From NCBI GenBank assembly GCA_963710605.1, contig CAVQBA010000006.1:256001-320000 (forward strand): 64,000 bases of DNA, read 5' to 3'. The notes beneath the pieces were generated by a model that did no database searches, was not told the origin of the DNA, and saw only the letters and a program-made list of their open reading frames with translations. The position numbers and the translations under genes were made by a program. Source of the DNA: an uncultured cyanobacterium (GTDB lineage: Bacteria > Cyanobacteriota > Cyanobacteriia > Cyanobacteriales > Cyanobacteriaceae). Shown here piece after piece: positions 1-8,093 of the stretch. The number at the start of each line of letters is the position of its first letter. Position 1 is the first letter of the stretch.

Positions 1-1
1 A

Positions 2-478
2 AGTAAAAGATTAAGCGATGAATTTAACCATCGTGGCGAAATCAGAAATAAATATCCCGATTTGATTATTATGTCCATAGGCGTTAACGATACACCCCGT
101 TTAGGACATTTACAAGGAAGAAACCTCACCGATTATCAAGAATTTACTCGACAAATTAATAACTTACTAAATCAAGCACAAAAACTAGCACCAGTTTTAT
201 TTATCGGCATGATACCAGTAGATGAGACTAAAATGCCATTTCTTGATTGTATGTATTTTAATCGTCGAGATCAATATCATTACAAAGAAGTTACTAAAAA
301 TGCTTGTCAAGTTCTAGATATTCCTTATTTGGATATATTTGATTTATGGATGAGTCGAGGCGAAAACTGGTACAAATCGCAAATATCTGCCGATGGATTG
401 CACCCAAATGCTGAAGGATATGCTAATTTATACCAAGAGATTAGTAATTGGCAGTTTCTGCGTAAAATTATTGATTAA
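2..478 (+). CDS. SGNH/GDSL-family lipase/esterase, 5' end outside window
   Basis: Frame is open from position 2; GVND block III and DGLHPN catalytic motif. Confidence 0.85.
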   Translation, partial: SKRLSDEFNHRGEIRNKYPDLIIMSIGVNDTPRLGHLQGRNLTDYQEFTRQINNLLNQAQKLAPVLFIGMIPVDETKMPFLDCMYFNRRDQYHYKEVTKNACQVLDIPYLDIFDLWMSRGENWYKSQISADGLHPNAEGYANLYQEISNWQFLRKIID

Positions 479-589
479 TTGCTTAAAAAACAAGCACAAT
501 TAAAATAACTATGATACTATCTGAAATTAAGTTAAGTAAAAATAGGTAAAGAATCTTAAAATAATTGTGTAGGGGAATATTCACTATTT

Positions 590-1666
590 ATGAAAAATCA
601 AAGATTATCCGCAGATAATTTACCCATGAACAAAAATTATAATCGCCCCCTCAAAATAGGTGTTATTGGGGTAGGTAATATGGGACAACATCATACCAGA
701 GTTTTGAGCTTACTCAAAGACGTTGAGTTAGTAGGAATTGCTGACGTTAACGTCGAAAGAGGTTTGGATTTAGCTGGTAAGTATAGAGTTCGTTTTTTTG
801 AAAATTACCAAGAATTATTACCTCATGTAGAAGCAGTTTGTATTGCCGCCCCAACTAAACTGCATCATCAATTAGGTTTAGAATGTCTTAACGCTGGCGT
901 ACATATTTTAATCGAAAAACCAATTGCCGCTAGTATAGCTGAAGCCGAATCTTTAGTTAACGCCGCCGCTACTGCTAATTGTATTTTACAAGTCGGACAT
1001 ATCGAACGTTTTAATCCAGCTTTCCAAGAATTGAGTAAGGTATTAAAAACAGAAGATATACTTGCACTTGAAGCCCACAGAATGAGCCCCTACTCTAATC
1101 GTGCTAATGATGTTTCTGTGGTTTTAGATTTAATGATTCATGATTTAGATTTACTTTTAGAAGTAGCTAATTCTTATGTAGTCAAAGTTAATGCTACAGG
1201 TAGCCGTTTAGCAAATTCTCAACATCTAGATTATGTTACTGCTACTCTTAATTTTGCTAATGGTATCGTTGCCACTGTCACGGCAAGTAAAGTAACTCAT
1301 CGTAAAATTCGTGGTTTAGCCGCCCATTGTCAAAATAGCCTAACTGAGGCAGATTTCCTTAACAATGAAATTTTAATTCATCGTCATACTACTGCTAATT
1401 ATACTACCGACTATGGACAAATTTGTTATCGTCAAGATGGTTTAATTGAAAAGGTTTACACCAGTAATATTGAACCTTTACACGCTGAATTAGAACATTT
1501 TGTTAGTTGTGTTAGAGGTGGTAATCAACCTTCTGTTGGTGGCGAACAAGCCTTAAAAGCCTTACGTTTAGCTAGTTGTATCGAAAAGTTGGCTTTAGAT
1601 GGTAAAGTGTGGGAAGATTCTTCGATTGATTTACATCAATTAAACGGACACATTGTCAGCATCTAA
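590..1666 (+). CDS. Gfo/Idh/MocA family oxidoreductase
   Basis: GVIGVGNMG Rossmann motif, EKPIA, GHIERFNP, DLMIHD. Confidence 0.92.
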   Translation: MKNQRLSADNLPMNKNYNRPLKIGVIGVGNMGQHHTRVLSLLKDVELVGIADVNVERGLDLAGKYRVRFFENYQELLPHVEAVCIAAPTKLHHQLGLECLNAGVHILIEKPIAASIAEAESLVNAAATANCILQVGHIERFNPAFQELSKVLKTEDILALEAHRMSPYSNRANDVSVVLDLMIHDLDLLLEVANSYVVKVNATGSRLANSQHLDYVTATLNFANGIVATVTASKVTHRKIRGLAAHCQNSLTEADFLNNEILIHRHTTANYTTDYGQICYRQDGLIEKVYTSNIEPLHAELEHFVSCVRGGNQPSVGGEQALKALRLASCIEKLALDGKVWEDSSIDLHQLNGHIVSI

Positions 1667-1667
1667 C

Positions 1668-1724
1668 AGTTAAGAGTTAAGAGTTAAGAGTTAAAAGTTA
1701 AAACCTATAAGCTATAAGCTAAGA
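1668..1724. repeat. Short tandem heptamer repeats (GTTAAGA)n, STRR-like
   Basis: GTTAAGA tandem copies directly after the stop codon, decaying into TAAGCTA units. Confidence 0.85.
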
Positions 1725-1850
1725 GTTATTTATTGTCAATTCTCAATTGTCAATTATTATACATACCATAGTGTTCGTAACGATAATTAACTACTTATTA
1801 CTTATTAGACTTCTTTCATAATTAACAATTAAAGTTAGAAGATAAAAATT

Positions 1851-2129
1851 ATGGAATTAATTACAGGTGAAGAGTTAATTGACTTTGCCACAACTATCAA
1901 ATCAAAATCAGATTTTGAGTATTTTCTTCTATGTTTTGTCGAAGACTATAAAAAAAATCAAAATGAATGGGAGAATAAAAATTTGCTGAGTTATTTGGAA
2001 GGGATGAGATATTTTGTTCCGAGTATGGCTAACTACTATAAAAATATGAATGAAGAGGTTGATGTCGAACATGCAAGTTGGCGTATTGTTGCTGAAGTAT
2101 TAATTGCGGCAACTATTTATGGTAATTAA
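1851..2129 (+). CDS. Small acidic protein resembling DUF7660 / putative immunity-type proteins
   Basis: WEN..L..YLEGM...Y.N...ASW..VAEVL.AA.IY pattern, recognised from memory. Confidence 0.6.
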   Translation: MELITGEELIDFATTIKSKSDFEYFLLCFVEDYKKNQNEWENKNLLSYLEGMRYFVPSMANYYKNMNEEVDVEHASWRIVAEVLIAATIYGN

Positions 2130-2311
2130 ATACGATCGTATCTGTTATCTAGTATGTCAACGGAAAATTAACTAAAGTAGGATTGTTATTTTGTAGTATG
2201 ATAGTCGATCTTATTGGGTGTGTTTTTTAAAATCATTACATATTTAAGATCGTCTTATACAGCATAGAACGCATCACCCTTGCTGTTAAGTACGAATGAT
2301 TTACACTGTGG

Positions 2312-2481
2312 TCGATCGAGATAATATTTGCGTTGGGTTTATCCTCCAAGTCAGAACCTGTTGATAGTGGCTTATGCTAATTATCCTGTTGGTCAGTCTT
2401 TTATTTGGTAGGTGATGTCGATGTCTGTTTGGAGTAGAAGGGTTGACCAGATGTGGTTTACGCTATTATTGAGTTGATTAT
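2312..2481 (-). pseudogene. Repeat B copy 1: decayed fragment of a large protein gene
   Basis: Minus strand reads NQLNNSVNHIWSTLLLQTDIDITYQIKD*PTG*LA*ATI..., homologous to 2641-2800 and 3550-3720. Confidence 0.75.
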
Positions 2482-2508
2482 TGGAAAGATACTCCTTGAT
2501 GGTGATGC

Positions 2509-2640
2509 AAGTACGATCGACATCTCGTAGGTTGGGTTAAGCCTCGAAAAGATTAATATACATTCGATACATAAAATAAAAGCCAAACCCAATAACCGTC
2601 GCCTTAATAAAACTAGAAATAGCGATCGTAACCTAACCCT
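2509..2640 (+). repeat. Repeat A copy 1, containing a REP-like GTAGGTTGGGTT...AAACCCAA element
   Basis: Near-identical to 3417-3549 and 4126-4246; begins AAGTACGATCGACATC. Confidence 0.9.
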
Positions 2641-2800
2641 CGATCGATCGAGACAATTTCTACCTTGGGTTTACCTTCCGAATCGAAATCTGTAATGATG
2701 GCTTCTGCTAGTTGTCCAGAAGGTAAGTCTTTTATTTGATAGGTTATCGATGTTTGTTTGAGGTAGAAAAGTTGACCAGATTTGGTTTACGCTATTATTT
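2641..2800 (-). pseudogene. Repeat B copy 2: fragment of a large protein gene
   Basis: Minus strand reads NNSVNQIWSTFLPQTNID (frameshift) TYQIKDLPSGQLAEAIITDFDSEGKPKVEIVSIDR. Confidence 0.8.
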
Positions 2801-2847
2801 TATCGATCGAGTGTTTGTAGATTTGAATTAGATATTGAAGGAGAAAT

Positions 2848-3372
2848 TTGATGACCAGTATTATTATTGATCCCATTGAGCATAAACGTAGAATGGATAC
2901 TTGGAGTTATATTGACAGAATTTGGGACAGAAGCGATATCGCTCAAGAAGAAATTGTTAATATTTTTGATCAGTTCTTTGCTCCCACTATTACTGTTCGG
3001 GAATTGCGGGAATATTATGCCAGAGGAGAAAGAGAATTCATTGACATCAGTTTGCCCCATAAAGCTAATTTGACGGGAATCAATTTGGCTGGTGCGAATT
3101 TGATTGGTGCCAAGTTTAATCACTCCAATCTGACTGGGGCTAATTTGAACGGGGCTAATTTGAGATATGCTTGGATTAATGGAGTTAACTTCACTGAAGC
3201 TAATTTGGAAGGTGTTGATATTTCCTGGGCTGATGCTACTGGAGCTATTTTAAAAAATGCTAGTTTGCTCAATGCGATTGGACAATTTGGTATTAATTGT
3301 GATGCTCTTTATGAAAATACTATCAGACCTAATGGAAGCATTATCAAAGGACCCTATCGCCCTTTCGGATAA
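2848..3372 (+). CDS. Pentapeptide repeat protein (start may be ATG 2851)
   Basis: YARGEREF leader followed by ANLTG/INLAG/ANLIG/ANLNG repeats; GAAGGAG RBS upstream. Confidence 0.9.
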   Translation: MMTSIIIDPIEHKRRMDTWSYIDRIWDRSDIAQEEIVNIFDQFFAPTITVRELREYYARGEREFIDISLPHKANLTGINLAGANLIGAKFNHSNLTGANLNGANLRYAWINGVNFTEANLEGVDISWADATGAILKNASLLNAIGQFGINCDALYENTIRPNGSIIKGPYRPFG

Positions 3373-3416
3373 TTCTAATAAGTTATTATTCGCTAATAAA
3401 AAAACTGGTAGCCTAT

Positions 3417-3549
3417 AAGTACGATCGACATCTCGTAGAAAAAGGTGAAGCCCCGAAAAGATTAATATACATTCGATACATAAAATAAAAGCCAAACCCA
3501 ACAACCGTCACCTCAGTTAAACTAGAAATAGCGATCGTAACCTAACCCT
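3417..3549 (+). repeat. Repeat A copy 2
   Basis: Direct repeat of 2509-2640. Confidence 0.9.
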
Positions 3550-3720
3550 CGATCGAGACAATTCCTACCTTGGGTTTATTTTGAGAGTCAAAACCTGTGA
3601 TAGTGACTTGTACTAATTGCCCTATTGGTAAGTCTTTTATTTCATCGATTATCGATGTTTGTTTGAGGTAGGAGAGTTAACCAGATTTGATTTACGCTAT
3701 TATTTAGTTGATTAATTATT
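3550..3720 (-). pseudogene. Repeat B copy 3: fragment of a large protein gene
   Basis: Minus strand reads QIINQLNNSVNQIWLTLLPQTNID... then IKDLPIGQLVQVTITGFDSQNKPK; first part is in frame with antisense ORF 3642-4199. Confidence 0.8.
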
Positions 3721-3734
3721 TGAGGATTTGAACT

Positions 3735-4115
3735 ATGACTATGGAAGGTGGAGAATTGATCGCTCGTTATGGGGCGGGAGAAAGAGACTTTGCTGGAGTC
3801 GATTTGAGTGATGCCGATTTGCAAGATGTTCATTTGGATGGGATCAATTTGGAAGGGGCTATCTTGGATGGGGCTAATATGTGTTTTAGCACTTTTTCTC
3901 ATGCTAACTTCAAAAATGCCAGTATGGAAGAAATTGTTGCTCAAGAAACTTTCTTTGGAGATGCCACTTTTGAAAATGCTAATCTCAGAAATGCTATTAT
4001 TGCTGAATGTTGTATTGATAGAGCTAGTTTCAAAGGAGCTAATATTGAAGGTGTCGATGATAGCCTTTTCTACGGGGAGTATATATGGAGCGATGGAAAA
4101 GTCATTAGTGAGTGA
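3735..4115 (+). CDS. Pentapeptide repeat protein
   Basis: ELIARYGAGERDF leader followed by VDLSD/ADLQD/INLEG/ANLRN repeats; GAGGA RBS. Confidence 0.9.
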   Translation: MTMEGGELIARYGAGERDFAGVDLSDADLQDVHLDGINLEGAILDGANMCFSTFSHANFKNASMEEIVAQETFFGDATFENANLRNAIIAECCIDRASFKGANIEGVDDSLFYGEYIWSDGKVISE

Positions 4116-4125
4116 GTAATCTTCA

Positions 4126-4246
4126 AAGTACGATCGACATCTTGTAGGTTGGGTTAAAGCCTCGAAAAGCTCAATATAAATTCGATACATAAAATACAAG
4201 CGAAAGCTAACAACAGTCGCCTCAGTAAAACTAGAAATAGCGATCG
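4126..4246 (+). repeat. Repeat A copy 3
   Basis: Direct repeat of 2509-2628, ending at GCGATCG. Confidence 0.88.
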
Positions 4247-4278
4247 ATCCCCCTAAATCCCCCTTAGAAAGGGGGACT
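4243..4278. repeat. 36-bp REP-like repeat, exact inverted partner of 5516-5551
   Basis: ATCGATCCCCCTAAATCCCCCTTAGAAAGGGGGACT. Confidence 0.9.
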
Positions 4279-4327
4279 CGATCTATTTATGTATCGCTTT
4301 TATAGATTGAATTGGTCTTCTTACTTA

Positions 4328-5455
4328 TTACTCCCACAATCGCCGACGAGACGAACCATTATAGCGGTGATGGCTATCATACAATAACTGCGGTATATCT
4401 AAAGATTCGGGGCATTTAGGTAAACATTCGCCACATTCGGTACATTTGTTTCCTTTTTGTCCCCAAAACCAATGCCCTGCATTTTCAAACATTTGATAAC
4501 GATATTTAGCGTATTCTGTCATCTCCAAACCAACACCAAGATTACGCAGACGTAATATTTCAGATATATTGATATTTTCAGGGCAAGGTAAACATAGATG
4601 ACATTGACTACATCGATCGGTTTGTAAAATCTCGCTCAATGCGGTTTCAATTTTAGCAAAAGTTTGTTGTTCTTCAAAAGTTAACGATCGATCGTCTTCG
4701 GCGACTGATAATGGTACGATAAACTGTTCTGGATTACTTGCCCCTAAACTCAATGTGGTAATACGTCGATCGTTAAGTAAAAAACGGTAATTCAAATACA
4801 TCGGTGTAAAAGGCTGACAAAGACTACTCAATTTAGTTGAAGGTTGATGTAACAACCCTCCTTTGTCTACAGGAGAAATAATAAATACACCCATATCTTT
4901 CTCTTGGGCTAATGTTAAAGCAGGGCTATTTCTTTGCCAAAAATAATAGTAGTGTAAATTAACAAACGAAAATAGATTTGTTTCGATCGTCTTGCTAATT
5001 AAATCTAAATTACCATGAGTAGAAAAACCAATATGTTTAATTTTTCCTAATTGTTGTGCTTTTTTTAAAACATCTAAGCAACTGTTTTTTTGCGTAACAA
5101 TTTCTAAATGTTGTGGCGTATTAATTCCGTGAATAGCAACACAATCAAGATAATCTACTTGTAAATTAGCTAAAGATTCATCTAACCATTTTTGCATTAT
5201 TTGAGCAGAATCAACAGGAGTAAATTTAGTCGTAATAACAATTTTTTCACGAGGAATATTTAACTGTTTTAAAGCCTTACCCAAATATTGTTCACTTTCA
5301 CCGTAAGCCTTTGCAGTTTCTATATGATTGATACCTAATTCTAATGCTTCATTAACGGTGTCTAACAATTGATTATAATTATCACAACAACGCATCAAAC
5401 CAAGAGAGAAAACCGACATTTTTAATTCTGTCTTACCAAAACGACGATATAGCAT
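4328..5455 (-). CDS. Aldo/keto reductase with C-terminal 4Fe-4S dicluster domain
   Basis: MLYRRFGKT start, GINHIETA..YG.SE, HIGFSTHG, CSQCHLCLPCP and CTECGECLPKCP. Confidence 0.92.
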   Translation of the reverse strand: MLYRRFGKTELKMSVFSLGLMRCCDNYNQLLDTVNEALELGINHIETAKAYGESEQYLGKALKQLNIPREKIVITTKFTPVDSAQIMQKWLDESLANLQVDYLDCVAIHGINTPQHLEIVTQKNSCLDVLKKAQQLGKIKHIGFSTHGNLDLISKTIETNLFSFVNLHYYYFWQRNSPALTLAQEKDMGVFIISPVDKGGLLHQPSTKLSSLCQPFTPMYLNYRFLLNDRRITTLSLGASNPEQFIVPLSVAEDDRSLTFEEQQTFAKIETALSEILQTDRCSQCHLCLPCPENINISEILRLRNLGVGLEMTEYAKYRYQMFENAGHWFWGQKGNKCTECGECLPKCPESLDIPQLLYDSHHRYNGSSRRRLWE

Positions 5456-5515
5456 TGCATAGTTAATAGTTGATATAGCGTTTCCTACATTTATGAGGTA
5501 TAGTTTATATTTGCA

Positions 5516-5551
5516 AGTCCCCCTTTCTAAGGGGGATTTAGGGGGATCGAT
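5516..5551. repeat. 36-bp REP-like repeat, inverted copy of 4243-4278
   Basis: AGTCCCCCTTTCTAAGGGGGATTTAGGGGGATCGAT. Confidence 0.9.
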
Positions 5552-5580
5552 ATGTGATTCATAATACTAATAATTGCTAT

Positions 5581-5850
5581 CTATAAAACGATCGTCTCTT
5601 GTCAAATGTGCTAAGTAATTAATTATTCATTCTAAGGGTTAGTTGTTGGGTTTCGTTTTTATTTTATTTGTAGTTTAGATCTTAAGCCTTTAGAGACTCA
5701 ACCCAACCTACAACTATAAAACGATCGTCTCTTGTCAAATGAGCTAAGTAATTAATTATTCATTTTAAGGGTTAGTTGTTGGGTTTCGTTTTTATTTTAT
5801 CTCTAGTTTAGATCTTAAGCCCTTGGAGGCTCAACCCAACCTACAACTAT
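5581..5850 (-). repeat. Tandem duplication of a 133-bp unit carrying the GTAGGTTGGGTTGAG...GAAACCCAAC REP-like element
   Basis: Units start at 5581 and 5714 with CTATAAAACGATCGTCTCTTGTCAAATG; the element is related to repeat A but on the opposite strand. Confidence 0.9.
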
Positions 5851-5863
5851 TCCTCTTTTGTTA

Positions 5864-5952
5864 CTCCCCTCTCCTGCGAGGAGCGGTCAGACCCCGCGTC
5901 GGCGTAGGACGCAAGGGAACGCTGACCAAGACAGAGGGGTTGGGGGTGAGGT
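5864..5952. repeat. GC-rich nested-hairpin dispersed repeat
   Basis: Outer arms CCCCTCT...AGAGGGG(TTGGGGGTGAGG); inner stems CTCCT/AGGAG, GGTCAG/CTGACC, GCGTC/GACGC. Confidence 0.7.
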
Positions 5953-5994
5953 AAAATCAAAATAAGGCTGGTACTTTTTTTCATGGAAATGTCT

Positions 5995-6774
5995 TTAATT
6001 ATCAATGACTAACTGCTGTTTAGAATTAAAAAATTTACGATAAACGCCTTCAGTAATAATTAAAGTAGTCATCAAATTAGATAAAGCAACCATAAACAAA
6101 ATTAAAATTTGATATGAAGCCGCTGATAAAGGATCGTTTCCTGCTAATACTTGCCCTGTAAACATCCCTGGTAAACTCACCATCCCAACTATCATCATCG
6201 TATTTAACGTGGGAATTAAAGCGACTTTAACTGCTCCAATACGGTATTTTTCGATCGCTTGTTTGTCTGTTGCCCCCAAACATAAATGGGTTTCAATCTC
6301 CAGACGATTATGTTTAATTGAGGTAGCAAGTCTTTCTCCTGATAAAGATGCACCATTAAGGGTGTTACCAAGTATCATACCGACTAAAGGGATAAGATAC
6401 TGAGGATTGTACCATCGATCGGGTTGAATAATAAAAATTATGCCATAACCCACAATTAATGAGGAGGTGAAAAATAATGCTCCCCAGACTATGGGTAATA
6501 AACCTGCCATCTTTTTCGCAATTCGATTTTTAGCCACGATCGCCGCAATTGTGATCATCACTGATACAATTGAAATTACCGCAACAGGATTATCGATCGC
6601 AAAAATAAATTCTAAGACATAACCGATAAACATTAGCTGAATCAAAGAGCGAATACCAGCTATTAAAAATTGACCTTCTAGCCCTAGTTTTTGCCACCTA
6701 GATAAAGCGATCGCAATTACAATCAGCCCCCCAGTCCAAAACAAATCAAGAAAGTCTAATTCGATAATTTCCAT
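5995..6774 (-). CDS. fetB: Iron-export ABC transporter permease, FetB/UPF0014 family
   Basis: R..IQL..IGYVL, P.YLIP..GMILGN, G.VSLPGMFTGQVLAG.DP..A..YQ. Confidence 0.85.
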   Translation of the reverse strand: MEIIELDFLDLFWTGGLIVIAIALSRWQKLGLEGQFLIAGIRSLIQLMFIGYVLEFIFAIDNPVAVISIVSVMITIAAIVAKNRIAKKMAGLLPIVWGALFFTSSLIVGYGIIFIIQPDRWYNPQYLIPLVGMILGNTLNGASLSGERLATSIKHNRLEIETHLCLGATDKQAIEKYRIGAVKVALIPTLNTMMIVGMVSLPGMFTGQVLAGNDPLSAASYQILILFMVALSNLMTTLIITEGVYRKFFNSKQQLVIDN

Positions 6775-6874
6775 CTTTTTAGAATTTAGAAGTCATAATT
6801 CAGGTGTTAGCCGTTAGCTCTTAACTTTTATCATTAATTAAAATAAAAATGAGACAATTTGAGAATTATTTCTT

Positions 6875-6979
6875 TTAGTTTAATTTATTAAACGGATTCT
6901 ATTAGCCTTGGCAATTTATTGCAAGGCGGGTTCGGGTTTCATATTTATACTGTCTCAAACTTAATTTAAACAACTATAA
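6875..6979. repeat. Dispersed repeat shared with 23131-23246
   Basis: GCCTTG.CAATT.ATTGCAAGGC hairpin plus TATACTGTCTCAAACTTAATTTAAACAACTATAA. Confidence 0.8.
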
Positions 6980-7020
6980 CTGTTTAACTTTTTACAAATT
7001 ACTTCCTCTTTCATCCTTGA

Positions 7021-7359
7021 CTAAGAATCGATCGAAAAAGAAAGACCACAGGTACAATGGTGAGTAATATCAGGGTTTTTAAATTGGAATGCACCCCCCA
7101 TCAAATCTTCTAAATAATCGATCGTCAAATTTTGGATTTGTTCATGACTTACTCGATCGGTAATAATTACAATACCCGAATCGTGAGTAAACTGTAAATT
7201 TTGCTGATCAGATTCAGCCATAAAATCTAACTGATAAATAAACTCCAAACAACCTCCCTCACTAACTTTGATTCGTAGATACTTAGAATCAGAATCAGAA
7301 TCTTGGTGATTTTTTAATCTCTCTAATTCAGCGATCGCTCTTGTTGTTAAATTAACCAT
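7021..7359 (-). CDS. HesB/IscA family Fe-S cluster assembly accessory protein
   Basis: GGC, EDLMGGAFQF.NP, CTCG.SF. Confidence 0.88.
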   Translation of the reverse strand: MVNLTTRAIAELERLKNHQDSDSDSKYLRIKVSEGGCLEFIYQLDFMAESDQQNLQFTHDSGIVIITDRVSHEQIQNLTIDYLEDLMGGAFQFKNPDITHHCTCGLSFSIDS

Positions 7360-7620
7360 AGGTAATTTAATTAATAATTAATAATTAATAATTAATAATT
7401 TTTTAATCTGTTATTATTTCAATTTGAGAAAATATTATCTCATAAATAATTGTCATTAGGGTATGAGAGAAAAAGAAAACACAAAGTTTTTATACTTATA
7501 AGTTCAAAAAACAACAAACAATGTTTAGTTTTGAAACTTGAATACTAGACACAGATATCAATATGTTTAGTGGGAAAAAATTCATTCTCCATTCTCCATT
7601 CTCCATTCTCCATTAATTAC

Positions 7621-8001
7621 CTATCCACGGGAATAATCATCTTGAAAACGGATAATGTCATCTTCGCCTAGATATTCGCCATTCTGGACTTCAATTAAAA
7701 CTAACTTGATTACCCCTGGATTTTCTAAACGATGAGCAGTACACTGAGGCACATAAGTAGATTCATTCGCACCTAAAATTGTTTCTTTATCACCACAAGT
7801 TACCTTAGCTGTACCTGATACGACAATCCAATGTTCGCTACGGTGGTGGTGCATTTGTAAACTTAATCGGTGTCCAGGTTGAACTTCAATTCGTTTGATT
7901 TTGTAACCTGTACCTTCTTCTAAAGTGGTAAAGCTACCCCAAGGACGAGTTTCAGACATATTTGCTTGATTAACAGGAGTTTGAGTAATAGACATAGACA
8001 T
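7621..8001 (-). CDS. Cupin protein, mannose-6-phosphate isomerase type II C-terminal-like
   Basis: RPWG, LSLQMHHHRSEHW, EVQNGEYLGEDDIIRFQDDY; start codon uncertain (7995-8007). Confidence 0.88.
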   Translation of the reverse strand: MSMSITQTPVNQANMSETRPWGSFTTLEEGTGYKIKRIEVQPGHRLSLQMHHHRSEHWIVVSGTAKVTCGDKETILGANESTYVPQCTAHRLENPGVIKLVLIEVQNGEYLGEDDIIRFQDDYSRG

Positions 8002-8093
8002 CACCAATTGAATTTAGTTTAAAAGCACTTTGCTGTAATTCTAACTTAAGATAACAATAGTTTAAGGTTTTATATAGTCAAAAAGAATACATT

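Noticed and set aside
2867-4119. Alternative plus-frame ORFs 2867-3073 and 3808-4119
   Set aside because: Shadow frames overlapping the pentapeptide genes, with no recognisable motifs.
2309-5850. CRISPR array or integron attC array
   Set aside because: Repeats are 120-170 bp, degenerate and irregularly spaced. There are no cas or integron-integrase genes, and I could not identify attC R/L boxes.
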